Shown piece after piece: positions 29,666-39,408 of a stretch of 64,000 nucleotides of DNA (positions are counted from its first letter, which is position 1; every line of letters begins with the position of its first letter). A program made the translations under genes and the position numbers. The notes under the pieces were generated by a model, which saw only the letters and a program-made list of their open reading frames with translations, was not told where the DNA came from and ran no database searches. Source of the stretch: Candidatus Lustribacter sp. (GTDB lineage Bacteria; Vulcanimicrobiota; Vulcanimicrobiia; Vulcanimicrobiales; Vulcanimicrobiaceae); the NCBI GenBank assembly GCA_965277805.1, contig OZ255842.1:1408001-1472000 (forward strand). The letters are read 5' to 3'.

Positions 29666-31192
29666 ATGTTTCACCTTTCCCGCGTCCTGGTGCGTGCGGC
29701 CTCTCTTTTTGCCGGCCGGATTGCGGTGGAAGACGGCGCCGTAGCGCTGACGTACGGGGCGCTGGCTGCGCGCGTCGCCGCGCTGACCGCTGGGCTCGCC
29801 CGGCGTGGGGTCAAACCGGGTGATCGTATCGCGCTTCTGGACCGCAACAGCTTCCGCACGATGGAGGTGCATTTCGCATGCGCAGCGCTCGGGGCTGTTC
29901 TCGTGCCGCTCAACGTGCGGCTGGCCCGGCTCGAGATCGACCGTGTCCTCACACAGACGGAACCCGTGCTCGTGTTCGCACCCGCGAGCTTCACGGCGTC
30001 GATCGGCGACGGTTTCAGCACGGTATCGTGGAACGACGGTGATCCGGTCCAAATGCCCAGCGACTACGAGAGCTTGCTTGCCGAACCGGCGCCGCTGAGT
30101 GAACGCACGGCGCCGGCCGGCGATCTGGCGCAGATTTTCTACACCAGCGGTACGAACGGCGAGCCCAAGGGCGTGTGCCTCACGCACGGCAACCTCGCTG
30201 CCAGCGCGCTGGATTCGATCGTGGCGCTGGAACTCAACGCCGGTGATGTGTGGCTGCACGTTGCGCCGATGTTCCATCTCGTCGATGCCTTCGCAATTTG
30301 GGCCGTTACGCTGGTCGGAGGACGGCACGTGGTCCGGCACTTCGTCGCCGAAACGTTTGCCGACGAGATCTCCGAATACGGCGTAACGAAGACCAGCATG
30401 CCGCCGACGCTGATCGCCCTTGCCGCCGAGCGTGCGGAGGACAGCGATCCGCGCTTCGCCTCCCTCGTGCGCGTGAGCTATGGCGGCTCGCCGATGGCCG
30501 AGGCGGTCCATCACCGCGCGTCGCGCGTCATGGACGCGGCTTTCGTTCAGGCGTACGGGATCACCGAAACGTCGGGTCTGGTCACGCAGCAGGTCCCGGG
30601 AGATTATCGTCCAGACGGCGATGACATGCAACGCGCGCGCATCGTCTCGGCCGGCGGTCCGGTCGTCAGCATCGATCTGCGCATCGTCGACGACGCGGGC
30701 GCAGACGTCGCTCAAGGAAGCGTCGGCGAAATACTCGTTGCGGGCCCGCGGGTTATGGATGGGTACTGGCACAACCAGGAAGCGACGCGCGCTGCAATCT
30801 GCGACGGCTGGTATCGCACCGGTGATCTCGGCCGGCGCGACGCGGGGGGCCATCTCTTCATCGTTGGACGAAAGAAAGACATGATCATCACCGGTGGGGA
30901 AAACGTGTATCCGAACGAGGTCGAAAACGCCCTCGCGCTCCATCCCGCGGTTCTCGAGGTCGCCGTGTTCGGCATCCCGAGCGTTCGCTGGGGAGAAGAG
31001 GTCCGCGCGGCGATCGTCTTTCGCGACGGTTCGAGCGCCGAGCCCGACGAGTTGATCGCGTTTTGCCGCGAGCGGATCGGCGGTTACAAAATTCCCAAAT
31101 CGTTCGAGTTCCGGTCCGAACCGTTGCCGAAGACCGGACCCGGGAAGGTGGCCAAGAACATCTTGCGCGATCCCCACTGGAGTTCAGTATGA
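29666..31192 (+). CDS. Acyl/aryl-CoA ligase (AMP-binding, FadD-like)
   Basis: YTSGTNGEPKG, QAYGITE, WYRTGDLG, GRKKDMIITGGENVYP, LPKTGPGK. Confidence 0.94.
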   Translation: MFHLSRVLVRAASLFAGRIAVEDGAVALTYGALAARVAALTAGLARRGVKPGDRIALLDRNSFRTMEVHFACAALGAVLVPLNVRLARLEIDRVLTQTEPVLVFAPASFTASIGDGFSTVSWNDGDPVQMPSDYESLLAEPAPLSERTAPAGDLAQIFYTSGTNGEPKGVCLTHGNLAASALDSIVALELNAGDVWLHVAPMFHLVDAFAIWAVTLVGGRHVVRHFVAETFADEISEYGVTKTSMPPTLIALAAERAEDSDPRFASLVRVSYGGSPMAEAVHHRASRVMDAAFVQAYGITETSGLVTQQVPGDYRPDGDDMQRARIVSAGGPVVSIDLRIVDDAGADVAQGSVGEILVAGPRVMDGYWHNQEATRAAICDGWYRTGDLGRRDAGGHLFIVGRKKDMIITGGENVYPNEVENALALHPAVLEVAVFGIPSVRWGEEVRAAIVFRDGSSAEPDELIAFCRERIGGYKIPKSFEFRSEPLPKTGPGKVAKNILRDPHWSSV

Positions 31193-32760
31193 GCGCGCTG
31201 CGCGACGTTGCCGTTCCGGTCGACCTCGAGCGCTTCCGTTTACGGCGCTTCGTCGAATCGCTGGTCGAAGCCGGCGAATGCGAAGTCGTCGATGGGCACA
31301 CCGAACTGGTCGACGTTGCCAAGCGCCTCGATGGGAATCTCAAGGCCGTCTGGCTGCGCGACGCGGGCGGCGCGGAATTAGTCGGTAACGTGATGGGGTC
31401 GCGGCGCCGGCTTGCGCTGGCGCTCGGCACCACGGAAGCGGAACTCTCGATCGTGATGCAAGCGCGGCTGAGCCGGCCCGTCGCGCCGATCGAAGTCGAC
31501 TCCGCCGATGCTCCCGTGCACGAAGTCGTGCGCACGGGTCGTGAAGCGACCTTGCTCACGCTGCCGGTGCATTTGCAGCACACCCTCGACGGCGCGCCGT
31601 ATATATCGGCCTCAATCGACTACGCCGTCGACCCGCGGTCCGGATGGACGAACGTCGGCTGCCGGCGGATCATGCTGCGCACGGCGACGACGGCCGGGAT
31701 CGACCTGAACGCGCCGAGCGATTTGCGCGCGCTGTACGCCGAATACGTCGCGCGCGGCGAGATGCTGCCGATCGCCTACACCGTCGGTTCGCACCCACTC
31801 GATTTTCTGGGCGCGATGGCCGCCGCACCGGCGTGCGATGAGTTGACGCTGCTCGGCGCATTGCGCGAAGCGCCCGTTCCGGTCGTCAAATGCATCACTA
31901 ACGACGTGCGCGTCCCGGCCGATGCCGAGATCGTGCTCGAAGGCTATCTCGACGCGCGCGGTCTGGTCGAACCGGAGGGTCCGTACGGCGAGTACATCGG
32001 CTACTACGGCGTGATGAAGCGCAATCCGGTGTTCCACCTCACCGCGGTCACATCGCGGCGCGATGCACTTTTTCAGACGGTGTCGATCGGCGGCCGGTGG
32101 CTGGCGCGTACGGATACGGCCCAACTCGGTTCGATCAAGACCGAAGCCACAATCTGGTCGATCTTGCGTCAAGCCGTGCGCGAGCCGTTGGCCGTCTACG
32201 CGCCGGCGTCGACGGGCGGTATGTACAACGTGCGGGTCTCGCTACGGCAGCGGTATCCGGGCGAGGCGCGCAATGCGCTGGCGGCGGTGTTCGCCTCGAC
32301 GGCCGACGTCAAGCATGCCTTCGTCGTCGATCCCGACGTCGACGTGTTCGATTCGGAACAAATGGACTGGGCGCTGGCCACGCGCTTTCAAGGTGACCGC
32401 GACCTCTTGCTCGGTTCCGGCTTTCGCGCCGTGCCGCTCGACCCGTCGCTCGAGGGCCAGCGCGTCGGCGCAAAGGCGGGCTTCGATCTGACGCGCCCGT
32501 TCGGCAAAGGCGATGCGCTCGAATTCACTATTCCGGAGCCCCCGCTGTGGCACGAGGGTGTACGAAATTCGGTGCTCGATGCGCTGACGAACGGACCGTG
32601 CACTTTTTTTGAATTGATGCAGATGCTCGGTACGCGTGACGGCCGCGACGTCGTCGCAGCGCTCGGCGAACTCTACGACGCAAACCGGCTCGGTCGGACC
32701 GACGACGGCCGCTACATCCTCATCGCGCAAGAAACCACGGAAGGACCGTCAGCATCATGA
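31189..32760 (+). CDS. UbiD family (prenylated-FMN) decarboxylase with C-terminal extension
   Basis: VPADAEIVLEG, EGPYGEYIGYY, VVDPDVDVFD..QMDWALATRFQ, LDPS. Confidence 0.92.
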   Translation: MSALRDVAVPVDLERFRLRRFVESLVEAGECEVVDGHTELVDVAKRLDGNLKAVWLRDAGGAELVGNVMGSRRRLALALGTTEAELSIVMQARLSRPVAPIEVDSADAPVHEVVRTGREATLLTLPVHLQHTLDGAPYISASIDYAVDPRSGWTNVGCRRIMLRTATTAGIDLNAPSDLRALYAEYVARGEMLPIAYTVGSHPLDFLGAMAAAPACDELTLLGALREAPVPVVKCITNDVRVPADAEIVLEGYLDARGLVEPEGPYGEYIGYYGVMKRNPVFHLTAVTSRRDALFQTVSIGGRWLARTDTAQLGSIKTEATIWSILRQAVREPLAVYAPASTGGMYNVRVSLRQRYPGEARNALAAVFASTADVKHAFVVDPDVDVFDSEQMDWALATRFQGDRDLLLGSGFRAVPLDPSLEGQRVGAKAGFDLTRPFGKGDALEFTIPEPPLWHEGVRNSVLDALTNGPCTFFELMQMLGTRDGRDVVAALGELYDANRLGRTDDGRYILIAQETTEGPSAS

Positions 32761-33632
32761 CCGACTCGTCGAAGACTTCATCCGCGACAACCGTCAAGCT
32801 GACGGCCGACGGAAAGCCGCAGGGGTTTCTGCAACCGCTTGCCGAGCGCACGGTCACGCGCTACGAGCGGCGCGATGACGGCATCGCGGTCCTCACGCTG
32901 GACCGGCCGAACAAGCTCAACGCGTTCGACGAATTGATGATACGCGAAATCCGCGCCACGATCTGGGAGGCGAACTTCGATCAGCGCGTCAAGGTCGTCG
33001 TCATCACGGGAGCGGGCCGCGCGTTCTGCTCCGGCCGCGATATCAACGGGCTCGACTACGAGAACAATCTCTCGACCCCCGAATACCGGGCCTACGTTCG
33101 CGCCAATCACGAAATGCTCGACGATATTGAGGCGATCGAGAAGCCGGTGATCGCCGCGATCAACGGCATCGCGGCCGGCGGCGGGACCGAGATCGCTATC
33201 GCGTGCGATTTCCGTATCGTTTCCGATCGCGCGTCGTTTCTGCTGCCGGAGAACCAGCTCGGCGTGATCCCGGCATCCGGCGCGTGCTCGCGTCTCACCC
33301 AGATGATCGGCCTGGGCCGCTTGAAGGAGATGGTGATCGCGGCGCTACCGATCGAGGCGCAACGTGCTTACGATATCGGTCTTGCGACGCGCGTGGTCCC
33401 GCACGACGTTTTCATGGATGGTGTATTCGATTTCGCCCGCATCCTGTTGGCGCGTGCGCCGCTGGCGATGGGCATGGCGAAGCACATCATCAACACGTGC
33501 CAAAACGTCGACACCGAAACCGGTCGTATTCTCGAGCGGCTCGGTCAATCGATCCTCATCCAAACCCGCGACAACACCGAAGGCATGGCGGCGTTCATCG
33601 AAAAGAGGCCGGCGCGTTTCGAGGGACGCTGA
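32757..33632 (+). CDS. Enoyl-CoA hydratase/isomerase (crotonase) family
   Basis: LDRPNKLNA, TGAGRAFCSGRD, KPVIAAINGIAAGGGTE, PENQLG, AFIEKRPARF. Confidence 0.93.
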   Translation: MTDSSKTSSATTVKLTADGKPQGFLQPLAERTVTRYERRDDGIAVLTLDRPNKLNAFDELMIREIRATIWEANFDQRVKVVVITGAGRAFCSGRDINGLDYENNLSTPEYRAYVRANHEMLDDIEAIEKPVIAAINGIAAGGGTEIAIACDFRIVSDRASFLLPENQLGVIPASGACSRLTQMIGLGRLKEMVIAALPIEAQRAYDIGLATRVVPHDVFMDGVFDFARILLARAPLAMGMAKHIINTCQNVDTETGRILERLGQSILIQTRDNTEGMAAFIEKRPARFEGR

Positions 33633-33633
33633 G

Positions 33634-34383
33634 GTGGAACTCGCCGTCGACCGCTATGGCGCCGGCGGACCGGTACTGCTCCTGCTCCACGGCGTTGGCG
33701 CCAACGGTGCGGTGTGGGCGCCCGTGCTCGAGCGCTTGCAAGATCTGTGGCCGGCAAGCATTATCGTGCCCGACCTGCGCGGTCACGGGCGCTCTCCGCG
33801 AGCTGACGCTTACGGCCTCGGGCTGCATGCGGCCGACGTGACCGAACTGCTCATGCCCGGCGACGAAATCTACGTCTGCGGACACTCGATGGGTGGAGCG
33901 ATCGCGCTCATCCTCGCCGGCGGCTGGTTCGGCATTTCGGTCTCCGGAACGCTGGCGTTCAGCATGAAGACGGCGTTCGATGCAGCGGAATTGGAGAAAG
34001 CGCGCTCGTTTGCACAAACCCCGGCGCGGCGGTTCGCCACACGCGACGAGGCGCTGGAGCGTTACCTGCGGGTGGCCGGGCTTTCGGGACTGGTGCCGCT
34101 CGATTCGGCCATTGCGCAGGCCGGCGTCCTCGAGCGCGACGGCAGCTGGGAACTCGCTGCCGATCCGGCGACGGTCCTCGCCGGCGGCCCGGATATCGGC
34201 CCAATGTTTGCCGCCGCGCGCGGCCCGCTCATCGTCGCGACCGGGGAACGCGATCCGATCGCATCGCCGGCCGGGTTGCTCGCGTACGCAAAGCAGTTGC
34301 GCGTCGTTGCCGGTGCGGCCCATAACGTTCACGTAGAAAACCCCGCCGCGATCGCGGCGCTCATCGCGGAGCTGCGGGCCTGA
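33634..34383 (+). CDS. Alpha/beta hydrolase
   Basis: LLHG, PDLRGHGRS, nucleophile GHSMGG, AAHNVHVENP. Confidence 0.88.
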   Translation: MELAVDRYGAGGPVLLLLHGVGANGAVWAPVLERLQDLWPASIIVPDLRGHGRSPRADAYGLGLHAADVTELLMPGDEIYVCGHSMGGAIALILAGGWFGISVSGTLAFSMKTAFDAAELEKARSFAQTPARRFATRDEALERYLRVAGLSGLVPLDSAIAQAGVLERDGSWELAADPATVLAGGPDIGPMFAAARGPLIVATGERDPIASPAGLLAYAKQLRVVAGAAHNVHVENPAAIAALIAELRA

Positions 34384-35564
34384 TGGCCGCCGCCGCGGTT
34401 TGGGATCGCGTCCCGATCATCATCTCGTTTGCGGAGCAACTGCAGATGACGGAGACCTACGGCTTCGTAGGCAGTCAGGGCACGACCGTACTCGAAGGCC
34501 AGCTCTTGCGGCCGCGCGACGCGCTGTCCGAGACCGTGTTCCTGTTCATGCATCCGGCCTCGACGCTGCAGTTGCTGCCGATGCCGGCCGCGCTTGCCGA
34601 TCGCGGCTTGCACGTGCTCTGTGCCGGCAGCCGCTACGCAAAGAACGATAGCGCGCTAATCATGGAAAAAGTCGTCGCCGATCTGGGCGCGTACGTTCGC
34701 TATGCGCGGGAAGAACTCGGCTACCGGTACGTCGTGCTCGTCGGCTGGTCCGGCGGCGGTTCGCTTTCGCTGTTCTATCAGGCGCAGGCAGAGCGGCCGA
34801 CGATCGCGGCCACGCCGGCCGGCGACCCCTACGACCTCACGCAGGCGCAGCTCTCCGCCGCCGACGGGATCGTCTTCATCGCCGCGCACCTCAGCCGAGC
34901 GGAAACGCTGACGGAATGGCTCGACCCATCGGTGCGCAACGAACGCGATCCCGACGACCGCGACCTCACTTATGACATCTACGCCGCGACGTGTCCGAAC
35001 GTTCCGCCGTTCAGTGCGGATTTCGTCACGGCGTTTCGTGCGCGTCAGGTCGAGCGCAATCAGAAGATCACGAACTGGGCGCTCGACATGCTCGCGACGC
35101 TCAAGCGGAAGGATGACGGCGAGCGCGAGCGTGCGTTTGTGGTCCACCGGACGATGTGCGACGTGCGCTGGATCGACACCACGATCGATCCGAACGGACG
35201 CCGGCCGAACTGGTGTTACCTCGGCGATCCCCGCATCGTAAATTGCGGTCCCGTCGGGCTCGCGCGCTTCACGACGTTGCGTTCGTGGCTCTCACAGTGG
35301 TCGCTCACAACCTCGAACGCAAAGGGGCGCGACAACGCGGCTCGGATTCACGCGACGCCCGTCCTGCAAATCGAAAACGGCGCAGACGACGCGGTTCCGG
35401 CCACGCACAATCCTGCGATTTTCGCCGCGTTGGCAACGCCCGACAAGCAACTCGTGCACATCGACGGCGCCACCCACTACTACCTCGGTCAACCCGAACA
35501 GCTCGAGCAGTGCATCTCGACCGTCGTCGCGTGGTGCCGCGAACGCTCGCTGCTGCCGGCGTAA
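34383..35564 (+). CDS. Alpha/beta hydrolase
   Basis: GWSGGG nucleophile elbow, ADDAV, GATHYY. Confidence 0.8.
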   Translation: MAAAAVWDRVPIIISFAEQLQMTETYGFVGSQGTTVLEGQLLRPRDALSETVFLFMHPASTLQLLPMPAALADRGLHVLCAGSRYAKNDSALIMEKVVADLGAYVRYAREELGYRYVVLVGWSGGGSLSLFYQAQAERPTIAATPAGDPYDLTQAQLSAADGIVFIAAHLSRAETLTEWLDPSVRNERDPDDRDLTYDIYAATCPNVPPFSADFVTAFRARQVERNQKITNWALDMLATLKRKDDGERERAFVVHRTMCDVRWIDTTIDPNGRRPNWCYLGDPRIVNCGPVGLARFTTLRSWLSQWSLTTSNAKGRDNAARIHATPVLQIENGADDAVPATHNPAIFAALATPDKQLVHIDGATHYYLGQPEQLEQCISTVVAWCRERSLLPA

Positions 35565-35565
35565 G

Positions 35566-36090
35566 TCAGCCGTGATGTGCGCCGAGGCCGCCGACCGGGG
35601 TGTGTTGTTCCGTCGTCCCGACTAGCTTCCAGCGATCGTAAATATCTCGCGCCTTTCGCGCTTCCTCGTCGTCGAAAGCGATCAGATTGGTCGATAACTC
35701 GAGCCGGATTTCGTTGGGGTCGAAGAAGTAGATCGACATCACGGCGCCGTGATCGATTTCCCCGACAACCGGGACGCCGCAGACGCGGAAGTGTTCCTTC
35801 CACGCGCGCAGCATCTCAACGTTGCGCACTTCGAAGGCAAAGTGCCGCAACGGATGCAGCCGTTGCACCTCGTCGGGTGCTTCGTCATAGAACGTGTAGG
35901 CCAACGTGCTGCCGTCGGCGAGCGCGTACTGTGTCTCGAGGTACTCGTGTCCGCGCTCGTCGCTCCCCGTTCGCGCATCGACGAGCGGCAAGCGCAGCAC
36001 CTCGGTACAGAAGCGATGCGTTTTCTCGGCGTCGTAGCCGATGAACGATACCCGTTCGGTCGCCGTTAGGCCGGACGGCGCGTCAGGCAT
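35566..36090 (-). CDS. VOC/glyoxalase family protein (retains C-terminal module ligands)
   Basis: LRHFAFEV ... IDHG..SIYFFDPNEIRLEL. Confidence 0.8.
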   Translation of the reverse strand: MPDAPSGLTATERVSFIGYDAEKTHRFCTEVLRLPLVDARTGSDERGHEYLETQYALADGSTLAYTFYDEAPDEVQRLHPLRHFAFEVRNVEMLRAWKEHFRVCGVPVVGEIDHGAVMSIYFFDPNEIRLELSTNLIAFDDEEARKARDIYDRWKLVGTTEQHTPVGGLGAHHG

Positions 36091-36598
36091 GCGCGGGCGT
36101 GCGCTTCGCAACCCAGGCGGCGAGCGTCGCTTGTGCGCGTTCGGCTGCTGCCGGCGTGCGCGCGGGTAATGGTCCGGCAATCTTCCAGCGCAGGCCTTCG
36201 GGATCGCGGAAAGCGATGACGAGGTGACCGTCGGAATCGCGTTCGTCGTCGACCGCAACGCCGGCCGCGATGAGATGCTCGCGCCAGCGCCCGACCGCAT
36301 CGTGCGAGGGCGCCTGCAGCGAGCAATAGCGGGCCGCGTTGTCGGCCCAACCGGGCCCCGGATCGAGCGTCGCGCGGTCGATCGCGAAATACGCGACGTT
36401 GCCTTGCCGGCCCAACTCGTAGAAGACGTGCATGTGCGGGCTATAGAGCCCGGTGCTGGGAACGTGCAGGTTCGTTACCGCCCACGAGAAGCGCAAGCCG
36501 ACGACGTCGGTCCAGAAGCGATGTGTGTCCTCGATCGCATCGGCGATGAAGGCGAGATGATGGGCTCCTTCGATTCGAAGCTCGTCGCTCGGTATCAT
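36083..36598 (-). CDS. VOC/glyoxalase family protein (retains N-terminal module ligands)
   Basis: GAHHLAF..ED THRFWTDVVGL ... HMHVFY ... FRDPEG. Confidence 0.78.
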   Translation of the reverse strand: MIPSDELRIEGAHHLAFIADAIEDTHRFWTDVVGLRFSWAVTNLHVPSTGLYSPHMHVFYELGRQGNVAYFAIDRATLDPGPGWADNAARYCSLQAPSHDAVGRWREHLIAAGVAVDDERDSDGHLVIAFRDPEGLRWKIAGPLPARTPAAAERAQATLAAWVAKRTPAHA

Positions 36599-36740
36599 GG
36601 ACCGGTCCTTCCGCGCTGGGGCAGTTTGCCGAAAGTGTACGCCCGCGCGGGACGCCCGTCAACTTTTCGAAGGTGCCGCGAGGCAGTCCGTTGACGATAT
36701 CATTGACGTCGTTGACCTGCCATTGCTTTTGGAGGTACTG

Positions 36741-37937
36741 ATGCTTGGTTCTTTCCGTTCCGGCGGCCGCACGCTACTCGCGGCGCTCCTACTCGCCGCC
36801 CTGGCCGGCGCCACGGCGCCGGTGCGTGCGGCCGATACCACGCCGTTCGAGATCTATTCGATCGCGTCGCTGACCGGTTTCGGTGCGTTTCTCGGGCAGG
36901 CGCAGCAAGACACGCTGCAGCGTCTGGCTGTCAGCATCAACAGGAACGGCGGCATCAAAGGGCGGCCGATTCATTTCACGATTTATGACGATCAGACGAA
37001 TCCGCAAGTCGACGTGCAACTGGTGAATCAGATTCTGGCTAAGAATGCGAGCGTGCTCGTGGGTCCCGGGCTGACCGCACCGTGCTTAGCCGTCATGCCG
37101 CTCGTTCAAGGCAAGATGGTGTCGTGGTGCGCGTCGCCGGGGATTCATCCCAACAAAGATTCGTATTCGTTTTCTTCGAGCGTCAGCACGACGGATCTGG
37201 TCAAGACATTCGTGCGGTACTTTCGCGGCCGCGGCATGACGCGGTTGGCGGCGTTGGTCCCGACCGACGCCACCGGCCAAGACGCCGACAAGAACCTGGC
37301 CGAAGTGCTCGCGCTGCCGGAAAACAAAGACATCAAGCTCGTCGCGCATGAGTATATGAACAACACGGATCTCTCGGTGTCGGCGCAGATCGCGAAAATC
37401 AAGGCGGCGAATCCGCAAGCGCTGATCGCCTGGACGATCGGAACGCCCACCGCGACCGTCCTTCACGGCGTCAGCGACGGCGGCCTCGATATTCCTGTCG
37501 CGCTTTCGAACGGCAACATGACGTTTGCCGCGATGAAACAGTGGGCGGCGTTCTTGCCGAAGGATCTCTATTTTCCCGGCGCACCGTTTCTGGCGGGCTC
37601 GATGGGCTCGGCGCAGCAGCGAGTCGCGATCCAGCAATTCTTCGACGTAACCAAAGGACAGGGCGTTCAGCCGGATTTTCAGACCGGACTGATCTGGGAT
37701 CCGGCCGTGCTCCTCATCACAGCTTTACGCTCGCTCGGCACCGATGCGACCGCAACCCAAGTGCGCGATTACATCGACAAGATTCATGACTTTGCCGGCA
37801 TTGCCGGCGTCTACGATTTTCGCGACGGCAGTCATCGCGGGCTCTCGCAGAAGGACGTGTTGATCATGCGCTGGGATGTCGCCAAAAACACATGGGTCGC
37901 CGTAAGCAAACTCGGTGGGGCACCGGAGACGCCCTAA
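36741..37937 (+). CDS. LivJ/LivK-type ABC substrate-binding protein
   Basis: GGAGG RBS, signal peptide, INRNGGIKGRPI...DDQTNP. Confidence 0.87.
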   Translation: MLGSFRSGGRTLLAALLLAALAGATAPVRAADTTPFEIYSIASLTGFGAFLGQAQQDTLQRLAVSINRNGGIKGRPIHFTIYDDQTNPQVDVQLVNQILAKNASVLVGPGLTAPCLAVMPLVQGKMVSWCASPGIHPNKDSYSFSSSVSTTDLVKTFVRYFRGRGMTRLAALVPTDATGQDADKNLAEVLALPENKDIKLVAHEYMNNTDLSVSAQIAKIKAANPQALIAWTIGTPTATVLHGVSDGGLDIPVALSNGNMTFAAMKQWAAFLPKDLYFPGAPFLAGSMGSAQQRVAIQQFFDVTKGQGVQPDFQTGLIWDPAVLLITALRSLGTDATATQVRDYIDKIHDFAGIAGVYDFRDGSHRGLSQKDVLIMRWDVAKNTWVAVSKLGGAPETP

Positions 37938-37986
37938 ACGGACGTCGAGTCGAGGCACAACGGTCGTTGTAGACGAAGGGGCCGCG

Positions 37987-38922
37987 ATGAGAGCTTCGTA
38001 CCGACTACTTGGGATTGCCTTCGCGTTTGCGCTATGCTGCAGCGCCGGCGCTACCGCGCAAACCACGCCCGTGATTCATTTAGGCTTAGCGCCGTTCGAA
38101 GGCCAGGCCGGCCCGTATTATGCGCAGGACCTCGGACTGTTCCAGGCGGCCGGCCTCAACATCGATATCCAACAGTTCAACGGCGGTGCTGCCGTCGTTT
38201 CCGCAATCGCCGGCGGCGCGCTGCAAATCGGCGGCGGGACTCCGCTTCCGCTGGCCCAAGCGCGTGCTCGCGGGATCAAAGTGGTGCTCATCGCTCCCGG
38301 CTACATCTATGACTACAAGGCGCCGACGCCGATCAACGCGCTGGTCGTCGCCGCGAATTCCCCCATCCACGATGCCAAGGACCTGGCGGGCAAGACCGTT
38401 GCGGTGACACAAGTGCGCGGGCTCGACGAGCTCGCCGTTGACGCGTGGCTCGACGGACACGGCGGGGATTCACACAACGTGAAGTACACCGAGTTCCCGC
38501 AGAACGCGATGGCCGACGCGGTCGCGGCGGGACGCGTCGATGCTGCGGAAATCGGCGACCCCGCATTGTCGGGCGCCCTCGAGGCCGGTAAAGTCCGGAT
38601 CCTCGCAAAGGCGTACGACTCGATCGCGAAGCGCCTTTTCGGGTCGGTCTGGTTTGCGAGTGAAGACTGGGCCACACAACACCCCGACGACGTGCGCAAG
38701 TTCGCCGCTGCCATCAATCAAGCCGCGGCCTGGGCGACGCGCAATCCGGTTGCGGCGGCGAAGGTGCTGCAGAAGTACATGAAAGTGACCTATTCCACCG
38801 CGCATGAATACCATGGCCGCACACTCGACCCGTCATTCATCCAGCCCGTCCTCGACGCATCATTCCGCTACAAACTTTTGACGACCCAGATGAGCGCGAA
38901 CGACCTCATCTGGAAGAATTGA
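37987..38922 (+). CDS. ABC substrate-binding protein, SsuA/NMT1 family
   Basis: Signal peptide; YAQDLGLFQAAGL, DLAGKTVAV, GRVDAA. Confidence 0.86.
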   Translation: MRASYRLLGIAFAFALCCSAGATAQTTPVIHLGLAPFEGQAGPYYAQDLGLFQAAGLNIDIQQFNGGAAVVSAIAGGALQIGGGTPLPLAQARARGIKVVLIAPGYIYDYKAPTPINALVVAANSPIHDAKDLAGKTVAVTQVRGLDELAVDAWLDGHGGDSHNVKYTEFPQNAMADAVAAGRVDAAEIGDPALSGALEAGKVRILAKAYDSIAKRLFGSVWFASEDWATQHPDDVRKFAAAINQAAAWATRNPVAAAKVLQKYMKVTYSTAHEYHGRTLDPSFIQPVLDASFRYKLLTTQMSANDLIWKN

Positions 38923-38937
38923 TTTCGGGGTTTGAAG

Positions 38938-39309
38938 CTATCGCGACGGCAATAGTGCTACGGCGAACGCGCACCAGCCGGCCACGAATGCCAATCCGCC
39001 GAGGGGCGTGACGGCGCCGAGGATCCGTTTACCGGTCAGGGCGAGCGCGTACAGGCTTCCGCTGAAGATGAGGATGCCGGCAAAAAGGAGCCAGGCGGCC
39101 GCGGTTGCGGCCGCTCCGCCCACGACGCCCGAGCGGATCGCGAGCCCGAGCGCTAGCAGCCCGAGGGCGTGCGTAACGTGGTAAAACACCGCGCGCTCAT
39201 AAATACCCATCGCGTAAGCGTCGAGCCGTTCGCGCAAGGCGTGCGCGCCGAAGGCTCCGATCATCACGGCCAGCGCCAGTAACACCGCCGACACGACACT
39301 CCACCACAT
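38938..39309 (-). CDS. DUF423 family membrane protein (YgdD/TMEM256-like)
   Basis: GAFGAHAL, YHVTHAL, FSGSLY, TPLGG. Confidence 0.88.
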   Translation of the reverse strand: MWWSVVSAVLLALAVMIGAFGAHALRERLDAYAMGIYERAVFYHVTHALGLLALGLAIRSGVVGGAAATAAAWLLFAGILIFSGSLYALALTGKRILGAVTPLGGLAFVAGWCAFAVALLPSR

Positions 39310-39408
39310 CTTAGCGGCGACCTTATGCGACGCCGCTCAAAAATCCGCGTCCCGCCGGGACCACGCCGACAGGCGAGGAGCATGCCTGCAATCGGAGAAG
39401 GGCGCGCG

